A DNA stretch of 64,000 bases. Source: Alphaproteobacteria bacterium. Its GTDB lineage: Bacteria > Pseudomonadota > Alphaproteobacteria > SP197. The DNA lies in assembly GCA_965228895.1 (NCBI GenBank), contig OZ245842.1, positions 4,576,001 through 4,640,000 of the forward strand. The letters run 5' to 3'. Below are positions 17,862 through 27,200 of this stretch, piece after piece (position 1 is the stretch's first letter; each line of letters begins with the position of its first letter). The notes below the pieces were generated by a model. That model had not been told where the DNA came from, did not search any database, and saw nothing but the letters and a program-made list of their open reading frames with translations. A program made the translations under genes and the position numbers.

Positions 17862-17934
17862 CACCGGCCCACGCCCCCGCCCGGCCACCCCGAGGATGCT
17901 GCCATGGGTCGCCGGGCGGGGGCGTGGGCCGGTG
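17862..17934. repeat. Long GC-rich hairpin (29-bp stem, 1 mismatch, 15-nt loop)
   Basis: CACCGGCCCACGCCCCCGCCCGGCCACCC-cgaggatgctgccat-GGGTCGCCGGGCGGGGGCGTGGGCCGGTG. Confidence 0.85.
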
Positions 17935-17961
17935 CCGATCCCGCGTCAGCGGGAAAAAGAT

Positions 17962-18351
17962 CTAGCCGCCGTCGACGCGACGCTTCAGCGCGTCGAGTGC
18001 GCGGCGCTCCTGTTTGGTCGGCCGCCCGGCGCCGCGTTCGCGCCGGCCGGCAGGTGCCGGACGTTCATCGGGCGTTGGTGGTGTCGGAGGTGCCAGGTCC
18101 TCGTAGAGTTCGCGGGCTTCAGGCGCTGGTCCACGCCGTTCGCCCAGGGTCACGACGCGAATGACGCGAATGTCGCGGCCGTGGGGGAAGGTCAGGACGT
18201 CGCCCGGCTTGACGGAACCGTGGGTCTTCAGCACCCGCTCGCTGTTGACACGAATACGGCCGGCCGCCACCGCGCGCGATGCCAGCGTGCGGCTCTTGAA
18301 GAACCGTGCATACCAGAGCCATTTGTCGATGCGGATGGTGTCCGTGCTCAA
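17962..18351 (-). CDS. hslR: S4-domain RNA-binding protein (Hsp15)
   Basis: RIDKWLWYARFFKSRTLA, RRGPAPEA, GRPTKQERR. Confidence 0.92.
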   Translation of the reverse strand: MSTDTIRIDKWLWYARFFKSRTLASRAVAAGRIRVNSERVLKTHGSVKPGDVLTFPHGRDIRVIRVVTLGERRGPAPEARELYEDLAPPTPPTPDERPAPAGRRERGAGRPTKQERRALDALKRRVDGG

Positions 18352-20846
18352 CGGGCGTTCTCCAATTCCAGGAGTTTGGCAAAGGGCGAGGCAAGATCGG
18401 TCGCGCTCGGCTGGCGCCGTTTGCGCGGACGCCGCCCGCCGGATGCGGCCGCGATCGTCAGGCCGTTCTTGTCGTCGATGACGTGGAAGCCGAGTGCGGC
18501 CATCACCGCGGGAAACTGCTCACGCGACGACGCGGCGAGCGACATGAGCGCCGGCGTGACCGGCACCCGTCCCTTGCGCACCGCTTTGCGCGCCTGCGCC
18601 GCCAACCGCTCGACCATGTCGACACGAAGGGCGCGTGGACCCAAGCGTTGATAGCCGATGGCGCCATAGAAGTTTGCCGGCAGGCGCGGATCGGCGTCGA
18701 TCGCGACCTCGCCCTTGACCGGCACGTCGGGCACCTGACTGTCGCCCCGCTGGGCCGCCCAAAGCAGGGCGCGCAGATCGAGATGGCGTGATGACATGAA
18801 GGGTTTGAGGTAGACCGCATGAAGACCGAGCCGCACACCGAGCCGCGCCAAACCCTGACGCGCGTCGCGGTCGAGGTCAGCGATCAGCGCGGCGACATCC
18901 GGCGTCGCCACGACACCCAGGTTTTCGACCAGCTGATAAATGAGGCCGCGAGCCGGGCCCTTGAGATCGGCGCCACGGATGCGCAAGAGCGGCCGGCAGG
19001 TCTCCGCGACACGGCGGTCGAGCCAGTCGCGCAAACGCGCGGCAATGCGGTCCTTCAATGCCTTGTCCAGGAACTCGCTGCGCAGAACGTCGATGCGCGG
19101 CATCAGCACGTCATTGCCGGCTTCCAATCGCGCGACCCGGGCACCGCGCCACATGAGGTAGAGACGGGCGTCGATCTCGAAGGCCGTATCGTCATCGGCT
19201 TCGCAGGCGGCGACCCGGCGCGCGATTTCGGGACGCAGGGCGCGGCGGGCTGCGGTCCATAAGGTCCGACCATCGCCGTGGCTGGCCGCCTTGTCAGCGA
19301 CAAACCGGAAACCTTCGAGGTGGCCGACCTCCTCGCCCTCGACCGCCACCGCGCCATCGGCGGCAACGTGGGAGGCAAGCGAGCCGTCACCCTTGAGACG
19401 GCGCGCGATGGTCGCGGCGCGCCGGTCGACAAAACGCTGGGTCAGGCGATCGTGCAGCGCGTCGGAAAGACGGTCCTCGATGGCGCGGGTGCGCTCCTGC
19501 AACTCGCCGTGGTCGCCGACCCAGTCGTTGCGGTGGGCGACATAAGTCCAGGTGCGGATGTGGGCGATACGGTTCATCAGTGTATCGATGTCGCCGTCGG
19601 TGCGGTCGATCCGCTCGACGCTGCGCGCGACCCAATCGTCACCCAAGCGATGACCGGGTCCCATCAGGCTGCGGTAGATATGCGCCAGCAGGCGCACATG
19701 ATGGTCGGCCAGTACCTTGCGGAAGTCGGGGATCTGGCAGACCTCCCATAGAAGCTTCACGGCATCGCGGTTGGTCGCGAGTTCCGTGATCGCCTTGTCA
19801 TGGGCGAGCGCAGCCAGCGCCATGTGATCGTCGGCCTGACGTGCGCGAATCAAACCTGGGTTCTCAGGACGCGCCTCAAGGCTTCTGAGCAGCGCCTTGA
19901 CGGAACGCATGTCCAGGTCCGCGTTTCGCCACATGAAAGTCTTGAGATCGGGGAAGGTATGGCTCTCGATCGCCTGGACATCGACATCGGGCAGCTCCTG
20001 CACCGCGCCGGTCAGGCCGAACGTGCCGTCGTTCATGTGACGGCCGGCGCGCCCGGCGATCTGGGCGAGCTCGGCGGCCGTCAATTGACGTGGCCTGGCG
20101 CCGTCGAACTTCCGCGTCGCGGCAAAGGCGACGTGGCGTACGTCCATGTTGAGACCCATACCGATGGCGTCGGTGGCGATGATGTAGTCGACTTCGCCAT
20201 CCTGATACATGGCGACCTGGGCGTTGCGCGCGCGCGGGCTGAGCGCGCCCAGCACCACCGCGCACCCGCCGCGCTGGCGGCGCATGGTCTCGGCGAGTTC
20301 GTAGACGTCGGCGGCGGAGAACGCGACCACCGCGCTTCTGGGCGGCAGGCGCGTCAGTTTCTTGGCGCCGGCGAAGCTGAGCTTCGAGAATCGCGGCCTG
20401 ACGACGAACTCCGCGCCGGGCACCAGTTTCTTGATCAGCGGCCGCGCGGTCGCCGCGCCCATGACCATGGTCTCATCGCGGCCCCGGGCTCTCAGCAGGC
20501 GGTCGGTGAAGACATGGCCGCGTTCGGGGTCCGCGGCGAGTTGGATTTCGTCGATCGCCAGGAAACCGACCGGCATATCCAGCGGCATCGATTCGGTGGT
20601 GCAGACATAGTAACGCGCCGTTTTCGGCACGATCCGCTCCTCGCCGGTGATCAGCGCGACGCAGCCGCGACCGCGCATGGCGACAATGCGGTCATAAATC
20701 TCGCGGGCCAGAAGACGTAAGGGGAGCCCGATCATCCCGGTGCGGTGACCCAGCATACGTTCGACAGCCAAATGGGTCTTGCCCGTGTTGGTCGGGCCCA
20801 GAACTGCGGTCAAACGCGGGGGCTCAGTACGGAGCTCCATAAGCAT
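18348..20846 (-). CDS. mgpS: SUV3/MgpS-like ATP-dependent helicase
   Basis: GPTNTGKT, PLRLLARE, DEIQ, ATDAIGMGLN, QIAGRAGR. Confidence 0.92.
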   Translation of the reverse strand: MLMELRTEPPRLTAVLGPTNTGKTHLAVERMLGHRTGMIGLPLRLLAREIYDRIVAMRGRGCVALITGEERIVPKTARYYVCTTESMPLDMPVGFLAIDEIQLAADPERGHVFTDRLLRARGRDETMVMGAATARPLIKKLVPGAEFVVRPRFSKLSFAGAKKLTRLPPRSAVVAFSAADVYELAETMRRQRGGCAVVLGALSPRARNAQVAMYQDGEVDYIIATDAIGMGLNMDVRHVAFAATRKFDGARPRQLTAAELAQIAGRAGRHMNDGTFGLTGAVQELPDVDVQAIESHTFPDLKTFMWRNADLDMRSVKALLRSLEARPENPGLIRARQADDHMALAALAHDKAITELATNRDAVKLLWEVCQIPDFRKVLADHHVRLLAHIYRSLMGPGHRLGDDWVARSVERIDRTDGDIDTLMNRIAHIRTWTYVAHRNDWVGDHGELQERTRAIEDRLSDALHDRLTQRFVDRRAATIARRLKGDGSLASHVAADGAVAVEGEEVGHLEGFRFVADKAASHGDGRTLWTAARRALRPEIARRVAACEADDDTAFEIDARLYLMWRGARVARLEAGNDVLMPRIDVLRSEFLDKALKDRIAARLRDWLDRRVAETCRPLLRIRGADLKGPARGLIYQLVENLGVVATPDVAALIADLDRDARQGLARLGVRLGLHAVYLKPFMSSRHLDLRALLWAAQRGDSQVPDVPVKGEVAIDADPRLPANFYGAIGYQRLGPRALRVDMVERLAAQARKAVRKGRVPVTPALMSLAASSREQFPAVMAALGFHVIDDKNGLTIAAASGGRRPRKRRQPSATDLASPFAKLLELENAR

Positions 20847-20956
20847 AGGATCGTCAGGGAACGTGTCATTTGCAAGTCAAAGCACAACAAAATGTGTGCC
20901 TTGAATCTCAACCACCAGGGATGGTGGCACTTAGAGCAGGATTGTTCCGAAACGAA

Positions 20957-21319
20957 TCAGTTTGAGACGAGATCCGGGCTCTGGCCGTGATTTCGCCGCC
21001 GCAACCAACCGGCAATGGCACCGCTGATCGCCATGGGCAGCGCCAGGACCAGAAACAGCAGCAGCGTTACCGGAAAAAGACTGGTAATCGCACCGGCAAG
21101 GACAAAGGTCATGAGGCACTGGCCCAGGGCGACGGCCAAGCCATAGGACCAAGCCCGCTGGGGCCAGCGCCAGGCAAAGACCGCCGCCATCGCCATACCG
21201 GCCGGCACCCCGGCCACGAAGAAAAAGCCCGTATCAAGCAGCTCACGACCGCCCGCGAAGGGTGCGAGAACCGCGATGATCAGGCCGCCGCAGACAACGG
21301 CTAGGGAGAAAGGTGACAT
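20957..21319 (-). CDS. Hypothetical membrane protein (about 4 TM)
   Basis: Hydrophobic 120-aa ORF filling the gap between genes. Confidence 0.65.
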   Translation of the reverse strand: MSPFSLAVVCGGLIIAVLAPFAGGRELLDTGFFFVAGVPAGMAMAAVFAWRWPQRAWSYGLAVALGQCLMTFVLAGAITSLFPVTLLLFLVLALPMAISGAIAGWLRRRNHGQSPDLVSN

Positions 21320-21435
21320 GGGCGCAAGTTTACGGAAATCAGGCGCAGGAATCGGTGATTTCCATCACGCCAAGGGCCGTCATAGCGCCAAGATGGCCCT
21401 TGGCGGGCGCTGCGCCCTGGCCTAAAGACGGGATC

Positions 21436-21921
21436 ATGACAGCCGCCAAACGCGATCCGGTGACCGGCCTGATGCTGCTCGCAGCCTTGATTCTCCTTGG
21501 ATTCGGGCTCTTCATGCCGGCCGTGACGGTCGAAAAGTTCTATATCTTCGACAACACCAAATCGATCGCCGGCAGCATCGAGGCGCTGTTCTTGGAGGGC
21601 CATGTGCTGCTCGGCATCATCGTCGCGGCCTTTTCCCTGGTTTTTCCGCTGGTTAAGCTTGTCCTGTCGTTCCGCATTTGGACAGCATCGAATCCGGCGT
21701 CACCGGGCGTCCAGCGCGCCATCCGCTGGACCGTCATGCTCGGAAAGTGGTCGATGCTGGACGTTTTCATGGCCGCCCTGGTCGTCGCTATCCTGACGTT
21801 GGGCATGGTGGCCAGCGTCGAGGTTCATGTCGGCCTTTACCTCTTCGGCGGCGCCATCGTCTTGGCCATGCTGGGTTCCCATCGTCTCGAGGCGAGCCTG
21901 GCGCAAAAGGACGGCGCGTAG
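21436..21921 (+). CDS. Paraquat-inducible protein A family (single domain)
   Basis: FSLVFPLVKL, LGKWSMLDVF, GLYLF. Confidence 0.85.
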   Translation: MTAAKRDPVTGLMLLAALILLGFGLFMPAVTVEKFYIFDNTKSIAGSIEALFLEGHVLLGIIVAAFSLVFPLVKLVLSFRIWTASNPASPGVQRAIRWTVMLGKWSMLDVFMAALVVAILTLGMVASVEVHVGLYLFGGAIVLAMLGSHRLEASLAQKDGA

Positions 21922-21966
21922 TGCGGTGCCAGCGACACATATAGCGAGGCGCTAGCCGAGCGCCCG

Positions 21967-21994
21967 CTTGACGCAGACGGCAAGTTTCCTACAT
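21967..21994 (+). promoter_or_regulatory. RpoH (sigma32)-type promoter of htpG
   Basis: CTTG-N17-CCTACAT matches the alphaproteobacterial RpoH consensus CTTG-N17/18-CYTATNT with one mismatch. Confidence 0.7.
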
Positions 21995-22032
21995 AGCGCT
22001 CAGCATCCTCACCCTCTTTAAGGAGATCCGGC

Positions 22033-23940
22033 ATGGCCGATAGTGAAGCGGCCGAGCGCCACGATTTTCAGGCCGAAGTCGCCCGTGTCCTCGATATCGT
22101 CGTCAACTCGCTCTATTCGAAACGTGAGATCTTTCTGCGCGAACTGATCTCCAACGCGTCGGACGCCTGCGACAAGCTGCGCTACGAAGCCCAGTTGGAT
22201 AGCGCGCTGCTCAAGGACGATCCGGACCTCACGATCACCATCGCAACCGACGCCAAGGCCAAGCGGCTGACGATCACCGATAACGGCATCGGCATGTCGC
22301 GCCAGGAGTTGATCGACAATCTCGGCACCATCGCCGGCTCCGGCACCGCCAAGTTCGCGGCCACACTGGCAGAGGCCGAAAAGGACAAGGCCAAGAAGGA
22401 GAAGTCGGACGTCAACCTGATCGGCCAGTTCGGCGTCGGCTTCTATGCCGCCTTCATGGTCGCCGACAAGGTCGTCGTCACGAGCCGCCACGCAGGCGCC
22501 GACGAAGCCTGGACGTGGACCTCCGACGGCCACGGCAGTTTTGAGATCGAGGCTGCGCCGGCCGAGACGCCGCGCGGCACGACGATCGAACTGCATCTGA
22601 AGAAAGACGCCAAGGAGTTCGCCGACTCAAGCCGCGTGCGCCATATCGTCACCACCTATTCCGACCATATCGGCCTGCCGGTCTGGCTCCACGACGGCGA
22701 CAAGTCCGAGCAGATCAACGAGGCGGCGGCGCTCTGGACACGGCCCAAGAAGGACATCACCGACGATCAGTACAAAGAGTTCTACCGCCATGTCGGTCAT
22801 GCCTTCGACGAACCGTGGCTGACGCTGCACAACCGGATCGAAGGTGTCGTCGCCTATACCAACCTGCTCTTTGTTCCTGAGCGACCGCCGTTCGATCTGT
22901 TCGACCCGGCCCGGCGTCACGGCGTCAAACTCTATGTCCACAAGGTCTTCATCACCGACGAGTGCGAAGGTCTGGTGCCGCCTTGGCTGCGCTTCCTGAA
23001 AGGCGTGGTTGATTCGGAAGACCTGCCGCTCAATGTCAGCCGCGAGATGCTGCAGGCCAGCCCGGTGGTCGCCAAGATCAGCAAGGGCCTGGTCAAACGC
23101 GTCCTCGGCGAACTGCAGAAGAAGGCCGACAAGGCGCCCGATGACTACACGGCGTTCTGGGAAGCCTTCGGCCAGGTCCTCAAGGAAGGCGTCTACGAAG
23201 ACCCCGACCAGCGCGACGCGCTCTTGAAGCTCGCCCGCTTCCGTTCGACCGCCGTCGATGGCTGGTCCAGCCTGGACGACTATGTCGGGCGCATGAAGGA
23301 AGGCCAGACGCAGATCTTCACCATCACCGGCGACGACCCGGCTTCGCTCAAGGCGAGCCCGCAGATCGAGGCGTTCCGCGCGCGCGATATCGAGGTGCTG
23401 CTTTTGACCGACCCGGTCGACGAGTTCTGGCCGATGTCGGCGACCGATTTCGACGGTAAGCCGTTCACTAGCGCGACCCGCGGCGACATCGATCTCGACG
23501 CGATCGCCGGCACCAAGACCGACGAGAGCGAAGACGACAAGAAAGACGAGACGCCGTCCGGCGATCTCGGTGCCTTGATCGCCATGGTCAAGCTGGCGCT
23601 GGGCGACAAGGTGAAGGACGTGCGCGAATCCAAGCGGCTCACCGACAGCGCCTGTTGTCTGGTCGCCGACGAGGGCGATCTCGACATGCGCCTGCAGAAA
23701 ATGCTGCAGGCGGCCGGCCAGGCGCCGGGCGATGCCGCGCGTATCCTGGAGATCAATGCCAAGCACCGGCTGATCCGCGCCATGGCGGAGAAGGCGCGCC
23801 AGGACGGCAGCGCGAAAGACGTCGAGGAAATGGCGTTCCTGCTGCTCGACCAGGCCCGCATCATCGAGGGCGAACCACCGCTCGACGGCGCCGCCTTCGC
23901 CAAACGCATGGCCGACACCATGGCGCGGGCGTTGGCATAG
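22033..23940 (+). CDS. htpG: Hsp90 chaperone
   Basis: EIFLRELISNASDA, DNGIGM, IGQFGVGFY, DSEDLPLNVSRE. Confidence 0.98.
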   Translation: MADSEAAERHDFQAEVARVLDIVVNSLYSKREIFLRELISNASDACDKLRYEAQLDSALLKDDPDLTITIATDAKAKRLTITDNGIGMSRQELIDNLGTIAGSGTAKFAATLAEAEKDKAKKEKSDVNLIGQFGVGFYAAFMVADKVVVTSRHAGADEAWTWTSDGHGSFEIEAAPAETPRGTTIELHLKKDAKEFADSSRVRHIVTTYSDHIGLPVWLHDGDKSEQINEAAALWTRPKKDITDDQYKEFYRHVGHAFDEPWLTLHNRIEGVVAYTNLLFVPERPPFDLFDPARRHGVKLYVHKVFITDECEGLVPPWLRFLKGVVDSEDLPLNVSREMLQASPVVAKISKGLVKRVLGELQKKADKAPDDYTAFWEAFGQVLKEGVYEDPDQRDALLKLARFRSTAVDGWSSLDDYVGRMKEGQTQIFTITGDDPASLKASPQIEAFRARDIEVLLLTDPVDEFWPMSATDFDGKPFTSATRGDIDLDAIAGTKTDESEDDKKDETPSGDLGALIAMVKLALGDKVKDVRESKRLTDSACCLVADEGDLDMRLQKMLQAAGQAPGDAARILEINAKHRLIRAMAEKARQDGSAKDVEEMAFLLLDQARIIEGEPPLDGAAFAKRMADTMARALA

Positions 23941-24118
23941 GCTGAGTCGTTGTTACCGGGAAACGTGCCGATTTAGGACATAACGCTCGCCGAAATGGCA
24001 ATTTTCCACAGGTTTTCCGGGTTTTTTGCCTATTTTGCTTCAGGAACGGCGCAGTTTGGCCGTACTTCTGCCCTTGCATGGGGTTGCATCCATGAACCGC
24101 AGGAGGGGAATTGAAGCA

Positions 24119-24292
24119 ATGAGCAGATTCGAAGAGATTCGAGACATGGTGTTGAGCCTGGAGTCCGATTTCGAGGCGTTCTACGAAAAAGGCAACAAGG
24201 CCGCCGGCGTGCGCGTGCGCAAGGGCATGCAGGATCTGAAAGCGCTGGCGCAGGACATCCGCGTCGACGTCCAGACCAGAAAGAACGCCTAG
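24119..24292 (+). CDS. Short histone H1-like (Hc1-family) protein
   Basis: MSRFEEIRDMVLSLESDFEAFYEKGNKAAGVRVRKGMQDLKALAQDIR; SD AGGAGG. Confidence 0.85.
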   Translation: MSRFEEIRDMVLSLESDFEAFYEKGNKAAGVRVRKGMQDLKALAQDIRVDVQTRKNA

Positions 24293-24422
24293 GCGCAACA
24301 AGACACCCGTCGTCTCGATCCAGAGTGAGGGCCGCTTCCCGCGGCCTGAGCGTTATCTGCTCGACGTCGGCTGACGTTACCCTAGACTCGAACGTCCCGT
24401 TCATGGCTGCCCGAAAGCATTG

Positions 24423-26141
24423 ATGGGACGCACCCACCTTGCCGCCGGCTTGGTTGTCGCCGCGCTGGTCGCCCTGTCTGTTCCGAGCTTGGCCGAGGTC
24501 GAGCGTCCGGGTGCAATTCGCGATCGCCTGACCGTCGACGAACTGTCGTCAGACATGTCGAGCGTGATAGGCCCGATCCATAACGACTACTTCATGCCGT
24601 TCGCTGACGCGCAGCCCGCGCTGCATGACTTCTCCGGCGTCGTCGGCTTTGTCGGATCGGACTTCCTGGCTGGCGACGGCGCCTTCCCGAGCTTCTGGGC
24701 AGAGTTCATCACCACCGACGGTTATCTGGTGCCCGTCGTTCGCGACATCATTCTGACCGCGTCCGGCGATTGGGACATCATCCTGTCGCCCGGCCGGGTC
24801 TGGTCGGAACCTGGCGACGGCGGCTGGTCGCGTGCGTCGTTTCCGTTCACCCTGGTCGGGCGCACATGGAATGTCAGCCGCAACGGACTTGCGACCTTTC
24901 TCTATAACGACACCGAGATTTCCGATCTCACACTGCAGATCGTCCAGGAATCCGCTCACTGGTCGCGTTTCGATGCGTGGGCCCATCTGGATTTGATCTA
25001 CCGTCCCGGCCCTGTCGCGAACGCCGACCAAGTCGCCGCCGCGTTTGCCGCGGAACTATCCGATCGCCTGCCCACCGCACCGCTTCAGGCGCTCGACGCG
25101 CCGGACGATCTGATTGCCGGCATGGAACGCGATCGCGAATACCTGACGGCGACGGCCCTTCTCAGCGACGGCGTGCTTTATCATGGACCCTGTCATACCC
25201 GCTTTGGCGACTACCCGTATTGCGACGACATGCGTCATGGCGTGTTTTCCGTCACCAAGTCGGCGGCGGCGGCACTCAGCCTGCTTTGGCTCGCCGAGCG
25301 CTACGGACCGTCCGTCCTTGATCTCGAAATCGCCGACTACGTCGATGTTACCGCCGACCATAACGGCTGGACGGGCGTGACCTTTCGCGATGCCATCAAC
25401 ATGACGACCGGCGCCGGATCGCTTAAGCCTGATCCGACCGTCGAACATTATGCGGAGTCCGACGCGTCGCTGGCGGCGTTCGGCAACGCGCCGGATGCAC
25501 GCGCCAAGCTGGATGTTGTCTTCGCCGAAGGCGACTACGCGTGGGGACCGGGCGAACGGGTGCGCTACAACAGCATGCACGCCTTCGTGCTGGCAGCCGC
25601 CATGGATGCCTACCTTAAGAGCGTCGAGGGCCCCGACGCCCATCTGTGGCAACGGGTCAGCGATGAGGTGCTTGCACCCATCGGCGTTCACCACGCGCCC
25701 CTGATGCACAGCCGGGAAGCCGACGGTTCGCGCGGCATCCCGATCATGGGATGGGGTTTCTTTCCAACCCTCGACGACCTCGCCAAGATCGGCCAACTGA
25801 TCCAGGATCGTGGCGTCTTCGAGGGCCGGCAGTTGCTTCATCGCGATACCATCGACGCCCTGCTCGATGAAGGCGGCGAACACGGCCTGCCGGTTGCCTT
25901 GTCGTCAGAGGCCGGTCCCTACCGCTACGGTTTTTCGTTCTGGTATGGCCCGCATCGCGGCAAGGACGGCTGCCTGGTTCACATCCCCGAAATGCACGGC
26001 TTCAGCGACAACCTCGTGATGCTGATGCCCAACGGCATGACCGCCATCCGGTTCGCCGATGTCGACGCGCGCGCGCGCGACAAATGGGACGGCGCCGCCA
26101 TGGTCGCATTGGCGGACAATCTGCGTTCAATCTGTCCCTAG
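24423..26141 (+). CDS. Exported serine hydrolase (beta-lactamase-like)
   Basis: Signal peptide, FSVTKS (SxxK), PGERVRYNS, DLAKIG. Confidence 0.85.
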   Translation: MGRTHLAAGLVVAALVALSVPSLAEVERPGAIRDRLTVDELSSDMSSVIGPIHNDYFMPFADAQPALHDFSGVVGFVGSDFLAGDGAFPSFWAEFITTDGYLVPVVRDIILTASGDWDIILSPGRVWSEPGDGGWSRASFPFTLVGRTWNVSRNGLATFLYNDTEISDLTLQIVQESAHWSRFDAWAHLDLIYRPGPVANADQVAAAFAAELSDRLPTAPLQALDAPDDLIAGMERDREYLTATALLSDGVLYHGPCHTRFGDYPYCDDMRHGVFSVTKSAAAALSLLWLAERYGPSVLDLEIADYVDVTADHNGWTGVTFRDAINMTTGAGSLKPDPTVEHYAESDASLAAFGNAPDARAKLDVVFAEGDYAWGPGERVRYNSMHAFVLAAAMDAYLKSVEGPDAHLWQRVSDEVLAPIGVHHAPLMHSREADGSRGIPIMGWGFFPTLDDLAKIGQLIQDRGVFEGRQLLHRDTIDALLDEGGEHGLPVALSSEAGPYRYGFSFWYGPHRGKDGCLVHIPEMHGFSDNLVMLMPNGMTAIRFADVDARARDKWDGAAMVALADNLRSICP

Positions 26142-26171
26142 CTCGTGCACTGGCGCCACGCCGAAACCATG

Positions 26172-26311
26172 CTAGAGCGGGTCGTGGTTAGGTGGAACCG
26201 ATGAACGGTTCCACCTAACCACGTGAATCCGCTCTTTATCCATGGTTAGAGCAGATTCACCCGGTTTGATGGCTTCGCAGGGCGATTCCATCAAACCGGG
26301 ATCTGCTCTAG
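26172..26311. repeat. 140-bp twin-hairpin MITE/RIME-like element, copy 1
   Basis: CTAGAGC...GCTCTAG ends, two long palindromes; inverted homolog at 47852-47991. Confidence 0.9.
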
Positions 26312-26321
26312 CGTCGCCGCC

Positions 26322-27200
26322 ATGGCGACGCTCGACATCAAACCCATGGCCGCGACGTTCGGCGCAGCAATTCATGGTCTCGACGTGCGCGACCTCGACG
26401 ACGAAAGCGAGGTGGCCGTCAAGCAGGCGATGGATGAAAACCGTGTGCTCGTGTTTCGCGATCAGACTCTCACACCAGACGATCAGAAGCGTTTCTCAGC
26501 GCGGTTTGGACCGCTGATCCAGGTCCCCTACGTCAGGCCGCTGGCTGATCACCCGGAGGTCATCGCGGTCTTGAAGGAGGCCGACGAGGTCAACGTCTCG
26601 ACCTTCGGCAGCTGGTGGCATTCGGACTTCAGCTATCTCGAGGAACCGCCGACCTATTCGATCCTGCACGCGTTAGAGCTGCCGCCCGCTGGCGGCGATA
26701 CCCTGTTCGCCGACATGATCGCAGCCTACGAGGCCCTGTCGGACGGTATGAAGCACATGCTTGATCCGCTCAACGTCATGCATAGTGGTCACATCTATGG
26801 CGCCAAACTGGCCGACACCGGGACGCAAGGCCGCATGCGCAGCGTGGAAGTGGCCACCGGTAATCCAGAGGCCGATGTCGAACGCGCCCATCCGCTGGTG
26901 CGCCTGCACAAACCGACCGGCCGCCGCGCGCTCAATTGCAGTCCGACCTATACGACCGCGCTTGCCGGCATGACCGTAGACGAGAGCAAGGGACTGCTCG
27001 ACTTCCTCTATGCCCACGCAACACAGCCGCGCTTCACCCTGCGGCAGGTCTGGCAGCCGGGCGACCTGCTGATGTGGGACAACCGCGCCGTCCTGCATCT
27101 GGCGGTCAACGACTACGACGGATACCGCCGCCTCCTGCACCGCACGACGGCTGGATCCGAGATCCCGGTCGCCGACCATATCGAACGAGGCCAGGCATGA
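26322..27200 (+). CDS. TauD/TfdA family Fe(II)/2-oxoglutarate dioxygenase
   Basis: WHSDFSY, GGDTLF, WDNRAVLH, LHRTT. Confidence 0.93.
   Translation: MATLDIKPMAATFGAAIHGLDVRDLDDESEVAVKQAMDENRVLVFRDQTLTPDDQKRFSARFGPLIQVPYVRPLADHPEVIAVLKEADEVNVSTFGSWWHSDFSYLEEPPTYSILHALELPPAGGDTLFADMIAAYEALSDGMKHMLDPLNVMHSGHIYGAKLADTGTQGRMRSVEVATGNPEADVERAHPLVRLHKPTGRRALNCSPTYTTALAGMTVDESKGLLDFLYAHATQPRFTLRQVWQPGDLLMWDNRAVLHLAVNDYDGYRRLLHRTTAGSEIPVADHIERGQA

Noticed and set aside
20883-20928. Tandem NrdR-like boxes upstream of the helicase
   Set aside because: Both are poor matches, spacing is atypical, and no ribonucleotide reductase gene is nearby.
20931-20945. Third copy of the 140-bp element (TAGAGCAG)
   Set aside because: Only the terminal few bases match; no internal palindromes or far end.
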